Of a DNA stretch of 64,000 bases, positions 47,187 through 55,873 are shown piece by piece; position 1 is the stretch's first letter, and each line of letters begins with the position of its first letter. Position numbers and translations under genes: made by a program. This DNA is from Deltaproteobacteria bacterium (GTDB taxonomy: Bacteria > Myxococcota_A > Polyangia > Fen-1088): assembly GCA_033763315.1 (NCBI GenBank), contig JANRKS010000034.1, positions 320,355-384,354 on the forward strand. Reading direction: 5' to 3'. Below the pieces are notes generated by a model. The model searched no databases and was not told where the DNA came from. It saw only the letters and a list, made by a program, of their open reading frames with translations.

Positions 47187-48536
47187 CTACTCCGAGTAGA
47201 TCTCGGGCAGGCCGCCGTTGCACCACTGCGCATCGCCGACGGTGTCTTTGTTGAGGCCAATCGCCTTTTGCACCGACACCCAAAGATCAGCCAAGCTCTT
47301 GTTGCTTGCCTTGCGTGATTCTGCCAAGGCCGCCCCTTGAAAGAAGTCTTTTCCGGGCGACGAGAACGGGTAAACGATGTTTTGGTTGAGCTTGATGCCC
47401 AAGTTGCGACCTCCCGCCAGCACGAACACCATATCGTTCTGGTTGTGGTTCTCTGAGATACCACTGCCCCACACCACCACCGTGTTGTTCAGGGCACCCA
47501 CGGACTTCATTTTCGCCACGAAATAGGCGAAGCGATCAGCGTACCACTTGTCGATGTCGATCCACATGCTTTGCGGGGCTGAACCGTGACTTACGTCGTG
47601 GTGGCCGGGCGCAGGTGCGACGGGGTTGAGGCCGCCCGAATCACGTTGCCACACCAGCGTTCCGACACGACGCGAGCCACACGCCATCGCTGTGGCCGCG
47701 ATGTCCAGCAAGGCCTCGCCGATGGCTTGAAACTTCGGCACATTGCCAGCCGTGGCCTCGGCGGCGCTGGCTTTGGATGCGAGGCCGGCCGGGGCGCAAG
47801 TGCCCTCCATGGCAACAGGCTTGTTGTTGGCGAGCTTGTTTTCGATCTCGCGGATCGACGTGAGATAGAGATCCAGGTTTTCGGCGTCTTTGCCCACGAG
47901 CCGGCCTTGCAGACGCTGGATGTCACCTTCCAAGAAATCAAGCACGCTCTTGCGCTTTTCAAGCAGCAGGTCCGTTCCGCCCGCGGTGCCTCCCGGCATG
48001 ATGCCGCCCGAGAACGCCTCAAGGTGCGCAAGTGTTGGCGAGAAGATCTTAGTGTCGGCTTTTCCCGGCCCTACCCAGCTTACCTGCCCGTAAATGTCGC
48101 CTGTGCCTCCCCCGGGCGGCACGCCCAGCGTCAACGGCGGCGTGTTCAGGAACTTTCCGAGCTCATGGTCGAAAGACTGCGCGTACACCGTGGTCTTGTC
48201 ACCGGAGCCGTGCACCATCGACAACAGTTTGCACATATCTTCGTGGCTGTTGAAAGTGGAAGACGTCTTATTGCAAAGGCCGCGTATGACCGTGATGTCT
48301 TCCTTATAGGGTGTGAGCTTCGCCAACGAGCTCTTGAACGTCCACGCGCTGCCGGAGCCTTGTCCACCGAACGCCGAGCGCACGAAGCCATTGGGCGTGG
48401 CAACGAGAAAGAAGTTGCCAGCCGGGGCCGCATCAGCGAGCCGATTCTTTACAAATGGCGATAGTAAGAATGTGCCGGCACCGATGCCACGAAGAAGTCT
48501 GCGGCGCGAAATTTGATGACGAGTTGTTTCCCACAT
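47187..48536 (-). CDS. DUF1552 Tat-exported protein, module 5
   Basis: SRRRLL Tat motif; PNG, L.PYK, NSH, SFDH, KSVLD, ACGSRRV, HHDVSH, ENH, VLAGG. Confidence 0.88.
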   Translation of the reverse strand: MWETTRHQISRRRLLRGIGAGTFLLSPFVKNRLADAAPAGNFFLVATPNGFVRSAFGGQGSGSAWTFKSSLAKLTPYKEDITVIRGLCNKTSSTFNSHEDMCKLLSMVHGSGDKTTVYAQSFDHELGKFLNTPPLTLGVPPGGGTGDIYGQVSWVGPGKADTKIFSPTLAHLEAFSGGIMPGGTAGGTDLLLEKRKSVLDFLEGDIQRLQGRLVGKDAENLDLYLTSIREIENKLANNKPVAMEGTCAPAGLASKASAAEATAGNVPKFQAIGEALLDIAATAMACGSRRVGTLVWQRDSGGLNPVAPAPGHHDVSHGSAPQSMWIDIDKWYADRFAYFVAKMKSVGALNNTVVVWGSGISENHNQNDMVFVLAGGRNLGIKLNQNIVYPFSSPGKDFFQGAALAESRKASNKSLADLWVSVQKAIGLNKDTVGDAQWCNGGLPEIYSE

Positions 48537-48575
48537 GTGAGAGCTCTCCTGCCGAAGTTGCTGACGCGTTGTTGT

Positions 48576-50234
48576 TTAGCGGGCCCGGCTTACGAAACCT
48601 TCATCCGTAACCCCCGCCACCATCAGCCCCTCGATGTTGAGGCCGTCGTTTGCGAATTTGCGGCCTACGTCTCGTGTCATACACGAGCTTTCGGCATCCT
48701 CGATCGTGGTTCCCATGACGTAGGTCATGTAGCGCTGCACGAAGCAATTTCGTCCGCTGGGACTTGCCAAAATTTGATCCACCAGGTCGCCGAGGCCATC
48801 GAACTTTCCCGACCAATCGTTGGCACCTTCGATTTCACCGTCGGTGGCGATGGCGCGGCCGTATTCGTTCTCGCTTCTAAATTTGCCTTTGTCGTCGTAT
48901 CGCTCGAAGGGAAAGCCCAGCGGCTCAAATTGGCGGTGGCAGGCAGCGCATCCGCCGCGCTCTTGCACGAACACGTCCCATTTTTCCCGCTGCGTCCATT
49001 CTTTCGGCGTTTGGGGAAGCTGCATGATCAAGTCCCCCGCGTTGGGCGGTGGCAACGGTATGCCTTGGCACAAGAACATCTCTCGTATGACCTTGCCTCG
49101 GTGGATGGGGCCGTGCGTGGCCATCAGCCATCCTGGTTGGGTAAAAACACCAAAGCGTTCCCCCTCTTTTAGCTGTGTGCGCTTAAGCTCCGTGCCGCCG
49201 CCGACGCCGTAAGCGGGGGCGAGATTCGAATCCACAAAGGAAACAGGTGCCTTGTAAAGCGTAGTGAGGGTGGGCTCTGAACTTTGCAGAACGTCCTTGG
49301 CAAAGGCATCCACTTCGGCAATGGCTGAGTTGACAAGGCCATCGCCCAGATCGTTGCGCTTGTCTTCCAACTTATAAAGGCCCATCTGCCAATATAGAAA
49401 CTGCGCAAACTTCGTTCGCGCCTCATCCGTCTTCACCAGGCCTTTGGCAAACGACTCGCGCTCCTTTGGATCCGACAAGCGCCCTTCTTCGGCGGCCGCC
49501 AGAAGCTCATCCGATGGTGGCCGATCGGTGAGGCCGTAAGACAAGGCCGACGCGATTTCATAGTTATCGAGTTTGGTCTTCGCTTCGCCGTTGCCCAATT
49601 CGAAACGGTAAAGCATGTGCGGTGACATCAAGAGGGCCTGAACCAGAAGTTCAGCCGCACCTTGAGCCTTCAAGGTGCCCACCTTCGCTTTGTGCAGGTC
49701 AACGAACCGCTGCTGCTCTTCCGCAGAAAGGGGGCGCCGGAACGCCCGTTTTCCAACGCTGCCGACGAAGTCCTTTACGCAGCTTTCGCTCACGGAGCTG
49801 GCGAGCATGCAGGGCGTGCGTTGTGAAAGAGCCTTAACAGCTTTGGCGGCAAACAGTTCTGTTTGGTTGAAGACGGCATTCGTGAGGGGGCCGCCCAAGA
49901 AGGCGCTTTGCGCGCCATTGGCGAATCCAGTTTTCGCATCACGTGGGTCGGCTGGGAAGCTCTTGGCGTCGAACTCATTCAGGCCAAACGCCGCGTTAAC
50001 AGTCCGTTTGTATTGTTCCGGCGTTAACCTCCAAATCCGCGGCGCAATCTTCTGCTCCTCGCACGCGCGCTCTTCCGGGGGGCCATCTCCGCCGCCACCG
50101 CCGGCACCGCCCTCGCCGTCGGCGGGGCCGCCGCTCACGGAGCCTGCGCACGCCACCAACGACACCAAAAGACCGACCGTGAAGGGCTTGTGGGCGGTTT
50201 CGACGCCACGACACCAAGCATGAGCCAAAGACAT
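48576..50234 (-). CDS. DUF1592/1588-family heme-c lipoprotein, module 5
   Basis: AAAGGAG RBS; lipobox LVAC; IWRLTPEQY, RAFRRPL, LMSP..LYRFE, RGK.IR..FLCQ..P.PP, CAACH...EPLGF.FERYD. Confidence 0.9.
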   Translation of the reverse strand: MSLAHAWCRGVETAHKPFTVGLLVSLVACAGSVSGGPADGEGGAGGGGGDGPPEERACEEQKIAPRIWRLTPEQYKRTVNAAFGLNEFDAKSFPADPRDAKTGFANGAQSAFLGGPLTNAVFNQTELFAAKAVKALSQRTPCMLASSVSESCVKDFVGSVGKRAFRRPLSAEEQQRFVDLHKAKVGTLKAQGAAELLVQALLMSPHMLYRFELGNGEAKTKLDNYEIASALSYGLTDRPPSDELLAAAEEGRLSDPKERESFAKGLVKTDEARTKFAQFLYWQMGLYKLEDKRNDLGDGLVNSAIAEVDAFAKDVLQSSEPTLTTLYKAPVSFVDSNLAPAYGVGGGTELKRTQLKEGERFGVFTQPGWLMATHGPIHRGKVIREMFLCQGIPLPPPNAGDLIMQLPQTPKEWTQREKWDVFVQERGGCAACHRQFEPLGFPFERYDDKGKFRSENEYGRAIATDGEIEGANDWSGKFDGLGDLVDQILASPSGRNCFVQRYMTYVMGTTIEDAESSCMTRDVGRKFANDGLNIEGLMVAGVTDEGFVSRAR

Positions 50235-50355
50235 GAACTTCTCCTTTGGGTGGGACGATGGCCGGGGCAGCTGCGGCGCAGCGGAACGGCTTAGGAAAAC
50301 CTACAGACTTCGTACACACACGCCAACAGTAGAACGACTGTATGCGGCTCAAGAC

Positions 50356-50369
50356 TTAACGACTGTTAT
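50356..50369. promoter_or_regulatory. Candidate operator TTAAC-GACT-GTTAT
   Basis: Intergenic, about 120 bp upstream of module 5 (minus strand); 1 mismatch to consensus. Confidence 0.6.
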
Positions 50370-50469
50370 GGCTCGCTGCTCTGGCTGCGACGGCGTCTGT
50401 GAGCTGTTAATTGCAACCGCCGCTTGGGTTTCACCGTTAACAACTCACTTCGCAGCTCATCTGCCATGC

Positions 50470-50502
50470 AAAAAGGGCCGCGCTCTGGTTGAGCGCGGCC
50501 TT
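50470..50502 (-). terminator. Intrinsic terminator (minus strand)
   Basis: GGCCGCGCTC-5 nt loop-GAGCGCGGCC perfect 10-bp stem followed by CTTTTT on the minus strand. Confidence 0.8.
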
Positions 50503-50568
50503 CGGCAAACGGTGTAGATTGAATCAGCCCGGAATGATTTCCACGCCGTATATGGCTGTGTTTATCGG

Positions 50569-50667
50569 TCAGCGGTTAGCGACGCCGTGATGCAAACTAG
50601 GTCTGCAAAAGCATGGGGATGCGGCCCAGCAAAGCAAAGATGAACCCAAACGGCTGCGGTTCGTCAT
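50569..50667 (-). other. Small ORF (32 aa) or collapsed gene remnant with strong RBS
   Basis: AAGGAG-TTTTTT-ATG; MTNRSRLGSSLLCWAASPCFCRPSLHHGVANR; flanked by an operator-like site upstream and a terminator downstream. Confidence 0.35.
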
Positions 50668-50793
50668 AAAAAACTCCTTATGGCGGTCTGCAGGCAAACT
50701 CCTGCCCCAGACCATGAGTGCGAAACGATTCCCCCCTAGAACGCCGCCAACGGGAAAACGAGGCGACAAAACCAACATTGGCCTGCGTAGAAA

Positions 50794-50807
50794 CTCACGA
50801 TCGTTAA
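50794..50807. promoter_or_regulatory. Candidate operator CTCAC-GATC-GTTAA
   Basis: Minus strand reads TTAACGATCGTGAG, similar to the 43715 site; 2 mismatches to consensus. Confidence 0.45.
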
Positions 50808-50857
50808 CCAGGATTGGTACGCCGATCCGTCGCAGCCGCGCCGCGAAGCCGCTGGCG

Positions 50858-53800
50858 CTATTTCTTCAGGGACGAAAGATACGCGACGAGATCACGTAGT
50901 TCCCGTTTGGTGAGAATGCTTCCGAAGCCATCGGGCATACCCGATGCGCCTGGCTCTCGGCCGGCGATTTCCTTCTTTTCAAGCGAAAGTGGGCCTTCTT
51001 CAACAGAATCAAGCATCAGGGCTTTCGTCGTTTCCCGCTTCACCGTGCCTCCATGAATGGAGCCGCTTTTCATCGTGACCAGAACGGATTCGAAACCCTT
51101 CGCAAAGTGCTTACTCGGATAAACCACCGCCTCAAGCAGGTATTCACGAGAGCGGCGGCGGCCCACACCGCTAAGCTCCGGGCCCACTTCTGCACCATGG
51201 CCCTCAACACTGTGGCAGCGGCGGCATTGCACCTGCGTATGGAATGTAAACACACGCTCGCCCAACTCCGCGTCACCGCCGCCAACAGCCTCGACAAAGG
51301 GCCCCAAGTCGGTTTGTGGCCTGGCTTCTTCATACTGCGCGATCTTGGCTTCAAGCGTGGCACTGCCCTTGAGCTTGGCAGCCTCAAGAACGTCCAGGAT
51401 CAGCGGCTGGGGCAGTTTGTTCGCAAGCAGATCATCCAACAAGGCGGACAACCGTTGCGAAGCCTTCGGATCTTGCAGCCCCACCAACAGTCCCACGGCG
51501 GCCTGCTTTTCCACGATGTCTCCGCTGCGCAGCGTCTCGTCTATGAGGCTCACAGCTCTTGCCGGTTCGGCTTTCACTTGCGCCTTTAATCCCCACAGGC
51601 GCACTTGTGGCGATGGATCCTTGGCGGCCACCGGAAGCACTTGCGCCAACTCGGGCGCCTCAAAGTCCGAAAGCGCCTTAAGGGCGGCCATCCGCACCTC
51701 GGGCCCATCCCAGCGATTGATCACAGCTTGCGCCAACGCCGGTGTGGCGTTGTGCAGCTGCATTTGTGCCGCGGTAGCCGCTGCGGCAACGAACACAACA
51801 GGCTGTTTGGGCATCAATAGCTTGTCGAGCACACGCGTCAACGCGGACGCTGCGACGGCAGAATCCCGCAGCTGCTTGGAAAGCAAAGGGCGGTGGTTTC
51901 CCGTCACACGATCTCTTGGTTGAGGCGACGCCCAAGAGCCCAAGGCAGTGACGGCTTCACGGCGCAGCTTCGCATCGACACCGCTATCCGTGGCTATTGT
52001 GGCTAGCAACTCCGCCGCGGCAGTTGTGCCCTGGCGGAAGTTCGCATGAATCACGCGCGCTGCAATGGCGTTGTCCTTGAGCAGCCGCGGATCCTTGCCG
52101 AGCTCCGCTAATGTGGATGTGGCTTCTTCAATTGGCACGTCGTTGATGGCGCGTGCGGCTTCCCGCACCACCAACAGGTCCTTGTCTTGAAGAAACGCTG
52201 AAAGCAGACCAGATTCGCGCCGACGCAAGGCCACAACCGCGGCCAACCGCACAGACACCGAAGGGTGCTGCGCCAGTTGGGCAAGAGCGTCGACAGATGC
52301 CCCAGCGGTCAGGACCTGAATGCCGGCATGTCGAACAAAAGGATCACGATCCGCATTTTGTTCAATCATGGCAATGGCCGCAGCGGTGGTGTCAGGCGCA
52401 GCAACACCCAAGCGTGCCAGGCTTTGAGCCGCAAAGAACCGGACGCGTTTATTTTCGTCAGATAGCGCCTGCGTGAGCGCCGAAACGAAATCCGCGGACT
52501 TGTGATCTCCCAAAACCTTGGCCGCCTGCGCGCGCGCTTCATCGTCGGCTCCCGGCTTCGCTTGCAATCGGGCCACGAGCGCCGTCTGCACGTCGTGCGA
52601 TTCGTTTGCATTCGCACCAGGCGCTCCACGCAAAATCTGACCCAACCCCCAAATCCCATGCAACTGTGCAAGCAACGGCTTGCCAGGGCCAGACGCCTGC
52701 ATCAGCAGGTCACTCCTCCCCGTGCGCACAAGTTCAAACTGAGCCTCCATGCGCACACGCACGTCAGGATGGGACAACAATTTGGCGAGCGAATCGGGCG
52801 ATCGATCCCTCCAGTCACCAGCAAGAATCGCTTGAACGCTTTCGCCATTGCTGGGCACCGTGGGCTTGCTATCGAATACACGATGTATGCGCCCCTTGCC
52901 TGTACCGGCCCAACCCATGACCCAATCTGAAACGTAAAGGGCACCATCGGGGCCGAAATCGACGTCCGTGGCCAAGACGCCCCAAGCAAATTGCTTGCGG
53001 TCCACAAGCTTGAAGCTTACGCCGCGCGGCTCAACGCGGAAGCTGTCCACGCCGCTGCTGCTGGGTTGCCCGCGAAAGTCGGCCAAAAAAAAGTGGTTGC
53101 GGTAATTCTGCAGCTGCGCACTGCCAGGATGATAGGTCAGGCCTGAAGGGCCGCTTGAGATGTTATCCACCGGCGGCAGAATGTAGGCGGCCTGTCCCGT
53201 GAATTGTGGCGCCCACATCTTTTCAGCGTTCCAAGGGCCGCGCTGCACGGGACGGTTCAGGTATTGGAAACCCACGCGCCATCCATAGTCAGCGCCCAGC
53301 ACCAAGTGAATGAAACGGGCCTTGTCACCGCCGTCCGAATTGTTATCGCCTGTGAACAAATTGCCGAACTGATCGAACGCAAGTTCCTGCGGGTTGCGCA
53401 GGCCTTCGGCAAAGACCTCAAGACGGCTTCCGTCGAGCTCGCAGCGAAAGACAGCGCCCCGATCAGGAAGCGACAGCACTTTGCCTTCGCGCGTTTTCAC
53501 GGACGCGCCGCGATCGCCAATGCTGAAGTACATGCGGCCATCGGGGCCCAAGCGTAGGCCGTGCATATCGTGGCCCATAAAGGCGTAGCGAACGCCGTAG
53601 CCCGTGGACATGATTTCCCTCTTGTCGGCGGCGCCATCATTGTCACTGTCGCTGACACGCCAAACGTTTGGGATGTTTGTGATCCACACCTGTCCCTGCC
53701 GCGCGAGCACGCCCGACATCAACCCATCCATAGGTTGGTTGAACCCGCCAGCAAATAGCGTTGATTGGTCGGCCACCCCGTCGCCATCAACGTCCACGAG

Positions 53801-54283
53801 GCGCTTGACGATGTCCGAGTCTTTCGAAAAGCGATCCAAATCGCCTTCGAAGTATGTGCGAACCAACCGCTCTCGCTCGGCAACCGTGCGCGCCGCCAAC
53901 TCAGCATCAATGATCTCGTCATCGATCTGAGCCAACCGTTGCGGTGAGGCTTTGCTTCTGAACGCAGCCGAGGGCCAGCTATTGGCGCTGCGATTGTCTA
54001 AGACCGCCGAGCCAATGCGCACCCCTTCGGCCACAAACATGCGCCCCTTTTCATCGAAGGAAAACGCAACGGGGTTCTCCAGCAACGGCTCAGCGGCCCA
54101 CAGCTTCGCTTGCACGTCCGTTTGCAGCTTGATCTGCCTGGTGGCCTGACTGCCCTCAGCGTTCGCAGCCTGAGACGGCTTGATTGATTCGGGGGGCGCC
54201 GCGTAAGCCGGGGAGGCAGCGAGCCCAATAAACAAAATCAGTGAGGTCAGCTTCCTCAAAGAACACAGGGGAGTGCGATGCAT
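50858..54283 (-). CDS. PVC-type membrane-bound dehydrogenase beta-propeller, HEAT repeats and C-terminal heme c domain
   Basis: Signal peptide; WAAEPLLENPVAFSFDEKGR.FV.E, D.DGDG.AD, H.L..GPDGR.YF, GLRNPQE.AFD..G.LF..DN, DFGPDGALYV.DW; HEAT repeats; GD...G..VF...CRRCH...G..VGP.L, SGMP. Confidence 0.9.
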   Translation of the reverse strand: MHRTPLCSLRKLTSLILFIGLAASPAYAAPPESIKPSQAANAEGSQATRQIKLQTDVQAKLWAAEPLLENPVAFSFDEKGRMFVAEGVRIGSAVLDNRSANSWPSAAFRSKASPQRLAQIDDEIIDAELAARTVAERERLVRTYFEGDLDRFSKDSDIVKRLVDVDGDGVADQSTLFAGGFNQPMDGLMSGVLARQGQVWITNIPNVWRVSDSDNDGAADKREIMSTGYGVRYAFMGHDMHGLRLGPDGRMYFSIGDRGASVKTREGKVLSLPDRGAVFRCELDGSRLEVFAEGLRNPQELAFDQFGNLFTGDNNSDGGDKARFIHLVLGADYGWRVGFQYLNRPVQRGPWNAEKMWAPQFTGQAAYILPPVDNISSGPSGLTYHPGSAQLQNYRNHFFLADFRGQPSSSGVDSFRVEPRGVSFKLVDRKQFAWGVLATDVDFGPDGALYVSDWVMGWAGTGKGRIHRVFDSKPTVPSNGESVQAILAGDWRDRSPDSLAKLLSHPDVRVRMEAQFELVRTGRSDLLMQASGPGKPLLAQLHGIWGLGQILRGAPGANANESHDVQTALVARLQAKPGADDEARAQAAKVLGDHKSADFVSALTQALSDENKRVRFFAAQSLARLGVAAPDTTAAAIAMIEQNADRDPFVRHAGIQVLTAGASVDALAQLAQHPSVSVRLAAVVALRRRESGLLSAFLQDKDLLVVREAARAINDVPIEEATSTLAELGKDPRLLKDNAIAARVIHANFRQGTTAAAELLATIATDSGVDAKLRREAVTALGSWASPQPRDRVTGNHRPLLSKQLRDSAVAASALTRVLDKLLMPKQPVVFVAAAATAAQMQLHNATPALAQAVINRWDGPEVRMAALKALSDFEAPELAQVLPVAAKDPSPQVRLWGLKAQVKAEPARAVSLIDETLRSGDIVEKQAAVGLLVGLQDPKASQRLSALLDDLLANKLPQPLILDVLEAAKLKGSATLEAKIAQYEEARPQTDLGPFVEAVGGGDAELGERVFTFHTQVQCRRCHSVEGHGAEVGPELSGVGRRRSREYLLEAVVYPSKHFAKGFESVLVTMKSGSIHGGTVKRETTKALMLDSVEEGPLSLEKKEIAGREPGASGMPDGFGSILTKRELRDLVAYLSSLKK

Positions 54284-54372
54284 GGGCCCTTAAGCTTAAC
54301 GGTAGCGAGTCCGTTATCGCCAGCTCAAGGGCACGCTCCACCAACGCTTCGTGCGTGCTCACGTCACTCGAG

Positions 54373-54386
54373 ATAACACCTGTTAA
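54373..54386. promoter_or_regulatory. Candidate operator ATAAC-ACCT-GTTAA
   Basis: About 90 bp upstream of the dehydrogenase; minus strand reads GTGAACTTAACAGGTGTTAT. Confidence 0.6.
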
Positions 54387-54477
54387 GTTCACGGCAGGTG
54401 GGTTGAATGTTGTAAGGGGCAAAACGCATTCTAAGGGCGAAGCGCCTGAGGATGCCGAAGCATTTCCGTTGTGGCTG

Positions 54478-55308
54478 TCAGCCGGATGGCACGAACGTCA
54501 ACTTAGACTTAGGTCGAGCGATCCACACGACCGCTGAGGCAACCAGCGCGGTGCCCGCAAGGATCGCCGATCCGGCGCCAACGGAGTAGGACCAGCCCGA
54601 TGTGACATCCGCTTCACCTAGTCCATAGAACACGCCACTTGCGCCAGCAAAAACCAAGCCTGTATACAGCAACCCTCGGGGCATAAAGGTCCAAGCTTGG
54701 TGAACAAGGTCAGCGTGAACCGCCGTATCCCGACGTGGCAAGGAAAACCAATCACTTGGCTGGGCGGATTGATTGTGTACGCGGTAAAGTTCCGGATCGC
54801 TCGCGGGCAGTACAGCCACACAGGGCGTCTCACAAACGAGATAATAGGCGACGGTATCTGAACCAGCCGGCGCGCGGGCATCCACGCTTATGCGCCGTTC
54901 AAGCGCTGCCTCTTTGTTCGCGGAGACCTTGAGCTTGATCCGTTGCCCCGCAATTCCCATGAGGACCCTATCAAGGGAGGTCTCCGCGTTGACGTTTGTA
55001 GCCGCAGGGGAGGCCGCCGTGGCTGAAGGCCCATCACTTCGCCGAACCGCGGCTATCTCTTTTGCTGGCAACCTTCGCAGTGTGCCTTGCGCATCTCGGA
55101 TGACCACATGACTTTTGGGTACGTATTCAGTGACGACGCCACGAATGAAGCCACCGCCAACCAACTCAACGGTATCGCTTAACTCGGTCGCGGCGCCTGA
55201 CTCTGCCGCGGCTGCGGGGCGTGCACCTTCCATGCGAAGGGGCACGCTCCACAAGGCGAATATGATGGCCATGCGGCCACGCCAACGCCGTTCTGGGTCA
55301 CGCATCAC
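54478..55308 (-). CDS. Hypothetical exported protein with C-terminal membrane hairpin
   Basis: Signal-like N-terminus; DTVEL..G..IRG.V.E motif; CETPC; two C-terminal hydrophobic helices; overlaps the stop of the upstream TRL-like gene. Confidence 0.65.
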   Translation of the reverse strand: MMRDPERRWRGRMAIIFALWSVPLRMEGARPAAAAESGAATELSDTVELVGGGFIRGVVTEYVPKSHVVIRDAQGTLRRLPAKEIAAVRRSDGPSATAASPAATNVNAETSLDRVLMGIAGQRIKLKVSANKEAALERRISVDARAPAGSDTVAYYLVCETPCVAVLPASDPELYRVHNQSAQPSDWFSLPRRDTAVHADLVHQAWTFMPRGLLYTGLVFAGASGVFYGLGEADVTSGWSYSVGAGSAILAGTALVASAVVWIARPKSKLTFVPSG

Positions 55309-55631
55309 TCGCCAGTGACGATTACGCAGTAGGTGGAATAGATGCCGAGGATGTTCGTGTTGTGGCCATCTACGGAAGCTACTTTTGTGATGCCTGCCGC
55401 TTTGGCTGCGGTAGCAACCGAAGCATCGCCTGTTGCCACAACGCCCAACACCGCGCTGGCGCAGGACTGGCCTTGCTTCATACCCACAGCGTTTTGACCC
55501 TCGGTGCGCTCATTGAACTTTACATCGGAGTAAGCCCAACCGGCGCCATAGGGCTTGCCCATGATCGGTGAACAACCCGAAACGCCGGCGCCAACCACCA
55601 AGCTAATAGCCAAGACTTGAGAGAATTTCAT
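55305..55631 (-). CDS. TRL-like family lipoprotein
   Basis: AGGAG RBS; lipobox VSGC; K.G.SC...LG.VA.GDAS...A...GITKV..VD....ILG.Y...C..V.GE. Confidence 0.8.
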   Translation of the reverse strand: MKFSQVLAISLVVGAGVSGCSPIMGKPYGAGWAYSDVKFNERTEGQNAVGMKQGQSCASAVLGVVATGDASVATAAKAAGITKVASVDGHNTNILGIYSTYCVIVTGE

Positions 55632-55873
55632 TCGTGCTCCTATGTTCTGTCGGTTTGTAAGCGCAGGCCCGCTGCGCGCAGGGCATCATAGGATCCACGT
55701 TGCGAAGGTCAATCTGTCAAACGAGGATGTTGCTAACGAACAGTGGCGGCACGCGAGGCGTTTTGAATTCGCGAACGTTTTGCGTGCGTGGCGCAGGGCC
55801 GCGCATACATGGCACCCTTTGGCCCCGTTGTACACGCGGCCTTCGTTGGATCAAGGTTGCTCGGCCAGTCTTG

